From NCBI RefSeq assembly GCF_009834535.1, contig NC_045696.1, positions 92,878,001 to 92,942,000 of the forward strand: a stretch of DNA of 64,000 bases. The letters are read 5' to 3'. The translations under genes and the position numbers were made by a program. Under the pieces are notes generated by a model. That model had not been told where the DNA came from. It made no database searches and saw nothing but the letters and a program-made list of their open reading frames with translations. Below are positions 38,706 to 51,320 of the stretch, piece after piece. Position 1 is the first letter of the stretch. Each line of letters opens with the position of its first letter. The stretch comes from Camelus ferus. Taxonomy: Eukaryota.

Positions 38706-40811
38706 GTAAGTGGAGCACCATGGGGGAGCCGAGCCCTGCCTGGCGTGCCCGGCTACCAAACCACACACCTCCTCGGAGTCTTCATCTGCCTTTCTCCTAT
38801 CCCCCGTTCTCTCCTTCCTTCCGAACAAACACTGTGAACAAAGAGTATGGGCCCCATGTGTACACTTTCTTGTGCTCCCTCTTTTCCTGACCCCATTCTC
38901 ACTCAAAATGTTGCCTCCTCGAAGCACGTTCTTATGACAAGTGGCCTCAAAATTTCTAAACCCAGGACATACAGAGCATCTATAAAGTTTAGAAACACAG
39001 GTTACTAAATAGCTTATTGGTTTCATATTACAATACAATAAAATAGAAATATCTTGGTTTCCTGACGTGCTGGATGTTCTATGTATATTAAGGATCTGGA
39101 GTTCTTATTTGATCCCAGTTACTTGACCCCTCCTTGGCATTGGATAATGGTGATTATTTTCTCCTCTATACTTGCTTTTTTTTTTGGCTTCTATTATAAC
39201 ATTCTCTCCTCTGCTGCTGCCATGGCTTCTCACTCATTTTCTTTGGTTTATGGTCTTTTATTCCATTTCCTCATTCCTTTAATAGCCACTATTTCATAAG
39301 TTGCCCTTGGTTTACTTTTTGGTTATTTGTCAATTATGTATCCAGAATGTTTTCTCTAAGTTTCAGAGATATATAGAAAAATTCTTAGTAAAAATTTATG
39401 AGTATCCCGTAGGTACCTCAAAATCCACAAATTTCATTATTTATTCAGACATTTATTCCAATATTGAATGGTGCCCACTCTAGGCCGGGCATGCTATGAT
39501 AGGTGCAGGGAGCCGTGACACTGAACAAGGATAAGACTCCTACCGTCATGGGGCGTCCATCCCAAATTGAACTCAGCATCTCATTCTGCCAAACTTCCTC
39601 TTGTGCCATTTCCTCCTAGGTAGGTGGGTGGTAGTGTTTACCAGTGGCTTTAGCCAGAAACTGGGAGTCATTCCAGATTGAGCCAGTCTAATCTTGTCCA
39701 TTCTACTTCCTAAATTATCTTTTGACTCCATTGCCTTCTCTTCATTTTCATTGCCTTTGGCTCATCCTCCACACTGGTGCAGTAGTTTCCTTTCTGAAAA
39801 TATAAGCAGATGTTTTAATTCTTAAAGTCCTTCAAAAGCTCCTTGTTTACACAGTCATGCCTCCCATCCATGCCCCCTCACCTCTTCCTGCTCTTGCTCT
39901 TCCAGGATTTTCTGCTACCATCAGTCCGCAGAGATTTCGGCATCTGCCTTCATTGACTATTTTGGAGTCTCTGGGGCTCACAGTGCTTTCACAACTCCCC
40001 GCCCTTACCTGTGCTGTTCTCTCCGGCTGAACACTCGTCCCCATCATTCCACCTGCCAAATTCTTGCTCATCCTGGGACTGCATAGGTGTCCCTCTGGCA
40101 AACTCAGTGATATCACCACTGATTTGAAGCTCCCTTTCTCTGTCCTTAGCACCCTGAGCATAGTTCTACAGCATAGTTCTATCATATCATACAGCAGCCT
40201 CTAACCATCGTTGGTTACTTGCCTTCTTTTACATCTTGAGGACCATGAACTCATTGATATGGAGCTGTGTCTTATTCATTCTTTACTGCCCAGCCAGTGC
40301 CTGCAATATACTAGACATTCAAGAAATGATTCTTGAAATTAAAAGAGGCAAATTAAAACCACAATTGCATAAAATTAATTTTAATTAATTATAAACATTA
40401 ATAGCCTTTAAAATTTTAAATAATTTGGTCTTCTCATTAATTAAATATGTGCTTAAAATATGAGCTGTTCCGATAAGAGAGACTTGCTGCATAGCAGGTT
40501 TGGTTTCTGGCATTTTCTACATGGAAGAATCTTGAGTACTGAATTCTGATGGCTCTTTCCTACCTTGATGGCTACTAATCAGCCAAGTTGATAAAGTGAT
40601 TTGCCTTTATTTTCCAATATGTGAAGTAAAGCGTTGAGAAGACCTGCTATCTGTATACCTTGGAGGATCCTCTGGGGACTTGACAGTGCTAACTTCAAAT
40701 CTGGGAATCCCTAGGAGAAAGGCACTTCAAATTAAAGCAGTTAAAAAGCTTGTTTAGCAAATTTTAAAAGTTCAGTGTTTTTCTTAAATTTTAGTTGCAT
40801 CTTTACAACTA

Positions 40812-41050
40812 AATTTTCTCAGCGTTGGAACCACTGACTTTTGGGGCCAGATAATTCTTTGTTGTGGGGAACTGTCTTGTGCATTGCAGGATGGTGGGCC
40901 AGTGTTCTTGACTTCTACTCACTAAATACCAGGAGCAACCCCCGCCTCCCCACCTGCCCTGGTGTGACCACCAAAAATGTCTTCAGACACTGACACATGT
41001 CCCTGTGGGAGAGGTGCTGCAGCCACACCCCTCCCCTGTTGAGAGGCACG
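40812..41050. mobile_element. MER20 hAT-Charlie MITE
   Basis: cactgacttttggggccagataattctttgttgtgggg...aaaaatgtcttcagacactg...gttgaga; ctttaca repeated on both flanks. Confidence 0.85.
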
Positions 41051-42363
41051 GCTTTACACTAAGCACCATTAGATGCTAATAGGCTTTTTATAAACACATT
41101 GATAATTTTAAAATTCATTGCTACAACTCCCTGATGTGATTGCATAGACAACTCAGGGTTGCTAGTTTGTTGTTGTTTTTCTCTTCCCAATGCTTCTGGG
41201 GTAAAACCCATGTGAGGACAGAACAGCAAACAGATTAGAGTCCGGTAACCAGACCAACCTCAATCACAACGGTTTATCTCTTACGTTACCCCCGGCGTCA
41301 GGTTTACTAATGAGGATAGAATGTAATTTCAAGAGGTCACAGCCCGTACTGTGGAGCTCGTGCCTGTCATACAAGCCCAGAAACAAAGGTTTTTCTCTAC
41401 ACGGCTGTATTCGGCAATTTAAATACTGGTTTGCGTATTCTGGAAAAAATATATTTCCTATGACTTTGGAAGATTTGTGATAGAAAGCCAGAAAAAAAGG
41501 AAATAAGCCTGAATTTGGAATAATTTCTTATTCTGAGGAAAAAACAAAATCAGAGGAGGAGTAAGTAAGGTCATGTAAGCACTCCTGGTCCCTCAGGCTG
41601 TGTGTGGTACTCACCGCGCTGGGGTCTCGCATTCTCTGCACAGAAGCCTGAGTGCTGGCGGCAGAGTGAATGCTTGACTTGTCCTTTCTGAAAATAAAGA
41701 CTATTACATAATTCTATCCAAATGGTTTTGAAGTGGCTGACATAGGACACTATGAAACAGAAAATTCCATGATGGTATTTTATCCTCGATAGTAATTTAG
41801 AAGCTGGTTACATATTTTTAGAGTAAATATCTGCATTTAATAATAGTTAGTAGTCTCTTTGATGTTTCTAGACTTTTGAATAAATAAGACAAAATCACAA
41901 GTTTTCTTCGATTCTTACCTCTTAAACTTTTCTGTTTTTTTCTTGTAAAAGAGGCATAATATATATAATGTGGGTGATATGTGTATGAGAGTTAGATGCA
42001 GAAATTAGACTAAGTCATCCCACATGGATTGGTATTTTGTTCAGCCATTTTGCCTGATAAAATATATTTGGTCAGTGGAGTTTTGTTTTTTTTTTTTTTT
42101 TTAATGCATCTCTTATCTTTGTCATTTAAGAAGCATTTTTAATGGCTGCATACTGATCAAATGATAAAATGTTTCATGTATTTATTCATTCAGCCAATAA
42201 ATAGTCAGAATCTTAAAAAAAAAAAAAGAATAATTTTAATTCCCACCCGTCTCACAACTACTGCCACTAGGATTGTAAGAACATAATGAACACAGAATGA
42301 CTTTCAAAAGCCCCGTGAGTTGCCTGTCCTCGATGCCTTCATCATGTGTTGCTGTTCTCTCAG

Positions 42364-42535
42364 GTTCCCGGTCATTCTGTCTATTGAGAATCACTGCAGC
42401 ATCCAGCAGCAAAGAAAGATTGCTCAGTACCTGAAAGGAATATTCCGGGACAAACTCGACTTGTCCTCTGTGGACACCGGAGAGACCAAGCTGCTTCCGA
42501 GCCCTCAAAGTCTGAAAGGCAAAATCCTAGTGAAG
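42364..42535 (+). CDS. PLCH1: PLC-eta-1 coding exon, end of X box (FPVILSIENHCS...LPSPQSLKGKILVK), 172 nt
   Basis: PI-PLC motifs PVILSIENHC and LPSPxxLKGKILVK; ctctcag| acceptor, AAG|gtaatt donor. Confidence 0.97.
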
Positions 42536-44217
42536 GTAATTAATTACCTTAGGAATGTAATAAAAGGCATTGATGGCCAACTAAGCCCCCCCTCCCTTAA
42601 GGACTAAAAACTGGTTTATTAAGAGAATGAGAGTCACTAGGTGAAGGGTTGTCTACATGGGTGTGTGTACCTGGTTCCAATTTAGTTATAGTCATCCCTC
42701 CAGAACAGGCTTCTTACAGACTGACCTTGTATTCTGGGATTATTTTTATGAAGCGGGAACATCAATACTATAAGCCAGGTGTTGAATATTTCTGTCTGCA
42801 GCCGTTCACGCTGGAGAGAAGCATGTGTACGGGAGGCAAGGGCCACATGGGAAGAGAGGCTCCTTGTGTCCATATCCGAAAGCGTTTCTTTCAGATTCTT
42901 CTCTCCCATTTCAAGCTCCAATAACTGTCTGTCAAAAAAAGGCTTCATGGTTGATCAGCCTTGGTTATGTAAGTGAGAATAACTCACTTCAAAGAGGAGC
43001 CCAGGCTCAGACATAGTGCCCCATAGGATTTGTCTGCATGTGGGGGAGCAGTAAGTGAATAGAATGACATTTTATAAACAGATCTTAAGAGGGAGAAAAC
43101 TTACTACCTGAAATGAATATTGGTAATACAAGGAAGAGCTAGAAAGACAGCTCCTTGAGTTTTCAGATTGCTGACGTGATTTTACTTAATTCCAGTTACT
43201 TTTGTGTGTTTGGACTAAAACCATCTTGGATACTTGTATTGCTTTGAGACTAAAAACCTAAGAAAGAGGAATAGAGGATTAATATTCAAGTGGGGTTATA
43301 TTTTACTTAAAATGGGTGTGCACAGAAACCAGATATCACAGGGGAGGCATAGGAAATTACACTATGAAGTGTAATTTCATAGCAAGACTTTAACTGGGGC
43401 TTTGAAGACAGCAAATGGGAAAGAGATAATCATCTTTGGAATTGGTCAAAACCTGTTTTTCTATCGATTAAATGAGAATTATAGGTTAAATCCATCAAAG
43501 TGACACTGGGCATTTGTATGTGCAAAAGCATTTTGAATAAAGGTTTCAATTATATAATGCAAGAGATAACATTCAAGGTGAATTTTCCTGAAGTCTTGCT
43601 AAAGCAAAGTCATGTAGTGGTAAAAACTGACTTCTGGGTTATGGTCTTGTAAATCTTTCCATGTTCCCTAAATAGTCATGTGCCAAGCAGTCAGAAGTTT
43701 AAACTCTGAATGAGTCCATTTGATTGAAATCCTTTCCCTTTGGACAGTGGGACTTAAGGAATATTTGATATGAACTCATTAAATCTCTTGTGCATAACTG
43801 AACTTTGAGTCACTTTGACACAGAATGTCCCAGGGCTACTGGGCTCCAGGCTGAACTGGAGCTGGGAGATCTGAGGCGCTTGTAAGGAGAGGCAGTGGTG
43901 CGGGCTGCAGGTATTTCAAAGAAGATGAGGTCTACTTGCTAGTAGTAACCTTTGGAAAGGCTATTTTTTCTTTAAATCCTTGAATTTTCCTTTAAAGGAA
44001 ATTTCCTAGATTTGTGGACCAGCACATTCCCATTGGAAGCAACAACAAAGGAACTGATTTTCTTAGTTTCTTTAGCATCAGCGCGATCTCTGGTCCAAAA
44101 GGCAACATTTGAATGACTACTTACTACTTTGGAGACTGGCAAGTTAGTTATTGTAACACATGTACTTTCCAACTGTGTGTGTGTACACACATGTACACAC
44201 ACACACACAAATATATA

Positions 44218-44352
44218 CAGTAGTTCCTTGGTATCCTCAGGGGATTTGTTCCAAATCTGCGATGCTGAAGTCCCTCGTATGAAATGGCCTAGTACAGTAA
44301 GCCCTTCACATCCGAGGATTCAAGTAACCCTTGGATACGGAGGGCTGACTCT
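44218..44352. mobile_element. MER2/Tigger-like short MITE
   Basis: cagtagttccttggtatcc ... ggatacggagggctgact inverted ends. Confidence 0.65.
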
Positions 44353-44819
44353 GTGTGTGTGTGTGTTTGTGTATCCTGAAAAGTAAACAAAAATTTGCTT
44401 TTGAACAAAAATGATAACAAACAGCAATTTTCCGTTGACTTGTTGCTGAAAGAAACCTTAACTGGTCCAAGGCTTTTACTTTTACAGATGTGCCAGAAGT
44501 GTCAACAGAGTTGTTACCACTCTCCTGGGCTTAGGCAACTAGCAGCTAAGGGGTAGCTATGGTTCCTGTCTCTTGCTATATTTCCATACACCATGGAGGA
44601 CTTAATCTCATTCTTGAGCGTAACTCCTGCATATAATAGTATGTAGATCAGAAGGGGACAACTAGGTCATTCTTTATTTATACTAAACCACTGTTAAGTT
44701 CATAAAATTCTACCTAAGTTTATAATTTAGGAGTAACACTATTAACAACAGGCATTAAAAAACAGTGTTGCTTTCTTTTCCTATCTGCCTGGATACAGTG
44801 TCTTTCAAGGACCAGCAGA

Positions 44820-44974
44820 GGGGAGGGTACAGCTCAGTGGTAGAGTACATGCCTAGCATGCATGAGGTCCTGGAGTCAATCCCCAGTATCTCCATTAAGA
44901 AACAAATAAATAAACCCAATTACTCCCCCAACAAAATTTTTAAAATGAAATATAAATAAAATTTTTTAAAAAAA
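44820..44974 (+). mobile_element. Vic-1-like SINE
   Basis: gggagggtacagctcagtggtagag...gaggtcctggagtcaatccccagtatctcc plus A-rich tail. Confidence 0.85.
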
Positions 44975-45351
44975 GCATGTTTGGGCAGAGACCAAAGCTA
45001 CCATTACTTGCCAAAACACACCAGGGTCAATTCCTCCTGATTAAGGGGAAAAGAAAAAAAAAAGGGACAAGCAATATGGAAAAATTTGGCAGAAAATATG
45101 GCCCTAATGTCTTTTAATTAGATTTTGAAAAGACTGAAAATGAGGGCACCTTGTGAATACTCTGGGATGGCAGCTTTCTCTTTATTCCCTCACCTGCTGC
45201 CACACTTCAGTGAAGGGGATTGGAGCTCAGTGCCGCTGCCAGGCCGGCCCGTCACTAAATGCTCATGATGGTTAAACTTTCCTTTCCTTCCTGTGGTGTC
45301 AGAACCAAGTGCATCACTCAAGGGTTGCTATTCCTTATTTGGTAATGTTAG

Positions 45352-45850
45352 TTTTTAAAAATTGAAGTATAGTTGGTTTACAGTGTTTGTTAGTTTCTGG
45401 TGTACAGCTCAGTGATTCAGTTATATATATATTCTTTTTCATATTAGTTTTCATTATAGGTTATTACAAGATATTGACTATAGTTCCCTGTGCTGTACAG
45501 TAGGACCTTGTTGTTTATCTGTTTTATGTATAATAGTATCTGCAAATCCTGAACTCCCAATTTGTCCCTCCATCCCCCCTCTTTTAGGTTGAAGAAAATG
45601 TTTAAGTATCCAAACTCCCAAGAGGTTTAAAATCAAGAGTTTGGATTCCTTTTTTTTTTTAATTGCAGTATAGCTGATTTACAATGTTGTGTTAATTACT
45701 GGTGTACAGCATAGTGATTCATGTATACATATACATGTATTCCTTTTCATATTCTGTTTCATTATAGACCATTACGAGGCATTGAGTATAGTTCCCTGTG
45801 CTATAAAGTAAGACTTTGTTGTTTATTTTATGTATAGTAGTGAGTATCCT
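45352..45850 (-). mobile_element. Two adjacent L1 3'-end fragments (about 45352-45585 and 45649-45850)
   Basis: Each starts T-rich then attgaagtatag/attgcagtatag and contains atagttccctgtgct. Confidence 0.8.
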
Positions 45851-46706
45851 TAATCAAGTTTTGGTTTTTTTTTCCCCCATTACATAAGTGATTCAGTCAG
45901 CTTTGAAACTATCACTAAGCCAAGCATCCAGGGTCAAGAGCTTTGGGTATTACACAAGGTGCAGGAAAACTAGGAGGGAGATTTCTCTGACAGCCCGACT
46001 GTGCTGGTGGTCTTGTGGAGGGAGAGAAGCAGGTGGGGGACAGATTTAGAGTGTGAAAGGGGGGCCACTTGTGGAGTGGAGAGCAGGAGGACTGGAAGTC
46101 ACTGGAGCTGGAGCTGAGAGAGGGTCAGCCTGGGAAGTAGTCAGAGGTGATGGTTAGAAATTTGTCATTATTTTAGACTTACAAGCATGTGACCATCCTT
46201 CCATGTTTAAGGAATTTCCCCCATCTTTATGTTTTGAGAAGCTAAAAATGCTAGACATTTTGTTTTGCTGTATTCCTCTCACTGGAAGGGGGTCACGAGG
46301 TCCAGTCCACACTCAGGGGGATGAAGTTATAGAAGGGCCTGAATACCAAGAGGTAGGAACCATTGGGGTTCCTAAAGGCTGCCTACGACAGTGACCTTGG
46401 CCATTAGCCTCAGAGCTGGATTCTGCACCCCAGCTCCCGCCCACTAAAGATTCTGGGAGCAATTCAATTTCTGCTTGCCGGTAAGATGCTCTACTGATAT
46501 AGATGGTTAGCTGCCCTAGAAGCCCTTATCAGGCCCTTGGGCCATCCCTTCCGCTTCTGCTTTTTATTTACTTGTACTTTTTCTGAATATAGATTGGGAA
46601 ATGTAGAAAAGGAGAAAATAACCATTACCTGTAATACTGCTACCCAAATGTTCTTACTCTTAATAATTGATCATTTCTCTTGATGGAGTTTTTCCATGAG
46701 TTTTTT

Positions 46707-47345
46707 TTCGTTGTTGTTGTTCTCTGTAACTTCTTTTTTTTAATTGAAGTACAGTCAATTACAATGTGTCAATTTCTGGTATACAGCACAATGTTCCAGT
46801 CATGCATATACATACAAATATTTGTTTTCATATTTTTTTCCATTAAAGATTATTACAAGATATTGAACACAATACCCTGTGCTATACAAAAGAAACTGTT
46901 TTTAAAATCTATTTTTATATATAGTGGCTAACATTTGTAAATCTCAAACTCCCACATTTATCTCTTCTCACCCTTCTTTCCCTGGTAACCATAAGATTGT
47001 TTACTAAGTCTATGAATCTGTTTCTGTTTTGTAGATGAGTTCATAGTGTTTGTTTGTTTGTTTTAGATTCCACATATGTGTAATATAATATGGTATTTCC
47101 CTTTCTCTTTCTGGCTTACTTCACTTAGAATGACAGTCTTCAGGTCCATCCATGTTGCTGCAAATGGCATTATTTTATTCTTTCTATGGCTGAGTAGTAT
47201 TCCCTTGTATTTATATTTACCACATCTTCTTTATCCAGTCATCTGTCAATGGACATTTAGGTTGCTTCCATGTCTTGGCTATTGTATATAGTGCTGCTGT
47301 GAACGTTGGGGTGCATGCATCTTTTCACATTAGCATTCCCTCAGG
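46707..47345 (-). mobile_element. 5'-truncated L1 3' end with TGAGTTTTT TSD
   Basis: L1 3'UTR/ORF2 end; tgagttttt at 46697 and 47351. Confidence 0.88.
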
Positions 47346-47701
47346 ATCCCTGAGTTTTTATGCATTATTGAGATCATGCTTTAATATGTGTATATAATTC
47401 TGTATGTTGGATTTTCTACCATTTTGTTGTAAGAATTCCCCCGTGTTGTCTAAAAGCCTCTGATTGCTAGTGGTTGCTGGTGAGTGGTTACAAGGGCCCT
47501 GCTCCAGCCAGGCAGTGGTCTCATTGCATCGTCCCTGAAGACGGGCCTGGGCAGTGCAGAGGGCCCAGTCAGCACCGGGGAAGGACACATTCAACCTGCT
47601 TGGGAGGATAAGATGCTCTAAGGACATGGGGTGGGGCTATGCCTATTAAGATGAGTCATAGATGCTCGAACAGAAGACTGGTCTGATTTTTATTTATAAA
47701 C

Positions 47702-47781
47702 AAGATGCAGGTTCAAGCTCCATTATGTAAGTTACAGGCTTGGCCATAGTTTTTTACCCACCATGTGCTACAGTAAAAATT
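47702..47781 (+). repeat. Direct duplicate of the 3' end and donor region of PLCH1 exon 48756-48863
   Basis: 47711-47744 is identical over 34 nt to 48848-48881; weaker similarity continues to gctacag-aaaaatt. Confidence 0.93.
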
Positions 47782-47939
47782 AATTGTATGTAATTGGAAG
47801 TAATAAAACTGACTTCTCTTGAAAGACTCTTCTCCCCTTGTTTTGCCTCTAATTCAAACTATCTGCCTTATAGTCAGTCTGAAGTAATGACTGGCAAAGG
47901 GATAATACATTTTATTTTCATTTTTCAAGTTTTAAAAAT

Positions 47940-48712
47940 TATTTTTAATTGAAGGAGAATTGATTTACAATGTGTTTGTTTCTGGTGTACAGCATAGTGA
48001 TTCAGTTACACATATCTATGTTCTTAAACATTATTTTTAATTATGGTAAAATATACACAACGTAAAACTTACTGTTTTAACCATTTTTAAGTGTACAGTT
48101 CAGTAATAAGTACATTCACGTTGCTGTGTACAGAACTCTTTTCATCTTGCACAACCCCATACTCATTAAATTCCATACTCATTAAACAATTCCCCCCATC
48201 TTTGCTGCCAATCCCCTCCCCCAGCTCCTGGAAACCACTGTTTTACTTCTTGTCTCTATCAATTTAGCTACTCTGGGTACCTTATATAAGTGGAATCATA
48301 CAGCACTTGTCCTTTTGTGACTGTCTTATTTCATTTAGCCTGGTGTCCTCAAGGTTCATCCCTTTTGTGGCACGTCATAAATTCCTTACTTTTCAAAGCT
48401 AAATAATATTTCATTGTATGCATATGCCACATTTTGCTTATCCATTCATCTGTTGGTAGACACTGGGATATTTCTACCTTTTGGCTGTTGTGAATTTTAA
48501 TTTTAATTTTTTCTTTTTTTTAACTGAAGTATGGTTGATTTACAATATTATATTAGTTTCAAGTACATAATAATTCAATATTTTTATGGATTATACTCTA
48601 TTTAAAGTTATTATAAAATAATGGCTATATTTCCATGTGTTATGCAATATATTCTTGTGACTTATTTATTTTATACATGGTAGTTTGTACCTCTTAATCC
48701 CCTACCTCTCTT
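47940..48712 (-). mobile_element. Stack of three L1 3'-end fragments directly upstream of the 48756 exon
   Basis: aattgaaggagaattgatttacaatg; ttaaccatttttaagtgtacagttcagt...atataagtggaatcatacag; actgaagtatggttgatttacaat. Confidence 0.8.
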
Positions 48713-48755
48713 GCTGAATTTTCACTTTTAAATGGAACATTTTGTGTCATTTGAG

Positions 48756-48863
48756 GGCAAGAAGCTGCCTTATCACCTTGGAGATGATGCAGAGGAAGGG
48801 GAGGTTTCCGATGAAGACAGCGCAGATGAAATTGAAGATGAGTGCAAGTTCAAGCTCCATTAT
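48756..48863 (+). CDS. PLCH1: PLC-eta-1 coding exon, acidic X-Y linker (GKKLPYHLGDDAEEGEVSDEDSADEIEDECKFKLHY), 108 nt
   Basis: atttgag| acceptor (GAG), TAT|gtaagt donor; continues KILVK-GKKL. Confidence 0.93.
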
Positions 48864-51192
48864 GTAAGTTACAGGCTTGGCTGTACTTTTTGCCCTCTGC
48901 GCTACAGCAAAAATTGCTGCTCTATTGTAATCTTCACAAAAACAGTGGCTATAGTGTAAAAAAGGGTATTTATTGAGAGTTACTTTGTGTGCTGTTACAC
49001 AGGCTCACAAATGTTTATTGAGTGAATGAGTCAAGGATTCTTGTGTCTCAGGGTTGGAAGAAATGTTAGTGATTAACCCATCTGACCCTCTTTCCAGGGA
49101 TAAATTCCCTCCTTTTACAACTTGGGTAAAAACTCAAATTGCAGTTGGAAATGTCACTGTCTGATGAAATAAACTGGCTTTAGCATTGTCTCCCTGCCTC
49201 CTGCTGGCAGCTCCAGCTTGCTGCCTGCCAGGTTTGGCTCGCAGAACCCACTGCATGTGGGTCTGCTCTTCTAGAATGTTCATCCCCTCCCTGAGGGAAT
49301 GCACCTGGGACCAGAGGATTTCCAAGTTCTTTCAGAAATGAGTCTCTTAGCTAAAACTTTAATCTGCTACATCTTAGATAAAATGGCACAGAATAGTTTG
49401 TAACCTGCATGGTGCTTCAGACCCCTGTCCTAGTTGAAGGAGCTGCCTTTGTGGAAAAGCACCATTTAGCGAGGTCATCAAGGGAAGTGCTAACCTGGCA
49501 GAAATGTAATGTTTAAAGACCTCCTCCACACCCTGCCGCTGTCACCATGAGGGGCTTGGACTTCTTGACCTCCCCCACCTTCTGCCTCTCACGTGATTGC
49601 CAGGATCACAGGACGATCTGAGAGTAGCACCTGCTCACATTAGTTTGTTATAGGGTTTACAGTTTCATTTCTGTAGTAAAGTAGTATTCCTCTAGGCATC
49701 AGGACTATTATTCTACCCTCTAAAAAAAAAGAGAAATGTTGTACAAAATCTTCTAAGGTACATCATTGCCCTGAATTCAATGATTACACATTGAAAACCG
49801 TCTACTCTCTTCTAGAAAATAGTAACTGTGGTGGCTTCTTACATGTATTAAAGGGAGCTGGTATTCTTTTCAAAGAGGGCAACAGCTTAATGACAGCTGA
49901 AGTCTCAGTAGATAGTTCTTTCTTGGCTTTAGTGCATTTTAAAAGGGATGAATTGGAGAAGATTCAGCTTGAAGTGCAAAGGAAAAATTGCCATCTGTAT
50001 TAATCTATTGACCTTTAATAGTTTTTACTGACTCAGTTAAACACCACTAACTAACAAGGCTGTGATTACAGAACATGTAAGTAGATTTAAATAAGTAGAA
50101 ATACGGTTAATATCTTAGTTTCTTTTTCGCTCTTCCAGCTACTTGCTATTTTGGTAATTACTTCTGATTATAGGTAACTTAGTTCTTGTTTTTTTTTAAG
50201 CTTTATTTTATAAACCAAATTTTTGTCTCTGAATTTCATTGTCTTTGCCTCTTGTTTCCCAAAACTCTTGGTTGCCAGCCTGAGTAATCTGTCATTCGGC
50301 AGCAAGGAACAGTCTTGACTAAGTTGTGTGTTTAGAGAATGCAGTTTTTAGTGAAACTGGTGGAAATTTAGCTACTATCACCCTAGTCATTTATTGCTCT
50401 GAGTAAAACCCAAGTTATTGTAGTTTCTACATCCTCCCAGTAACATTAGTTTTCTTCTAATGTCAGCCTTCTAATTTTCTAAGTTACACATCTGTAATTG
50501 TAAAAGAGAATTAGCTATAGTTTTATGGAAACAAGTCAGTAACGTCACGAGTGAAAATACCGACTGGGTTCCTCTCATCTTCAGAGTCTCTTCACTGTTG
50601 CCTAGAAACACGTACAGGTAGATAGTTTAGAATGTGATTCCATAAAGACAGATGTGCTCTTTCATTTGGATTCTTTAACTTGGGCCTAAGTGAAGGTGGA
50701 GAGCGCCTGACCTGTAACATTTTACAGGGGTCTCTTTGTTAGATGTTAGGATAGTAAATACAGAAAGGAACCAGTATTCTGACGGAAATATGTAAGGTTT
50801 TTACTCATCTTTTTCAAATCTTTTATCTCTATTTTTGAGCTCTTCTGAAAAAAGGCAGTGCTGTATTTAGAAAGCCAAGTGTTATCCTGTAATCAGTCAA
50901 TTTTGGTCCTGTTGTCAGCCGAGGACTCAGATGCCTTTATCTGAGTGTTGAATGTAAATTGCCTGATCATATTTCTGCAAAAAGAGGCTGTACTGTGCAT
51001 AGTTGATATGAAACCAATAATTACCTTAGAGAAAGTTCTTAACCTCCCTTTCAAGTTAACAGAATGTGGTTAGATTTATAAGTTATACCTGAATTACTGT
51101 AATAGATGAAGATTCTAGCTTAGCACTCATGAACACTGGAATGCTTGCTCTCATGGGGCCATGTTGAACAAATATTTTTTAGTTAAAAAAAA

Positions 51193-51320
51193 TTTTTTTT
51201 TTTTAGTAGGGGTAGGTGGTTAGGTTTGCTTATTTATTTTTAGAGGAGGTACTGGGGATTGAACCCAGGACCTTGTGTATGCTAAGCATGCACTCTACTT
51301 GAACTATACCCTCCCCCCCA
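51193..51320 (-). mobile_element. Vic-1-like SINE
   Basis: ggaggtactggggattgaacccaggaccttgtgtatgctaagcatgcactctac...ataccctcccc. Confidence 0.85.
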
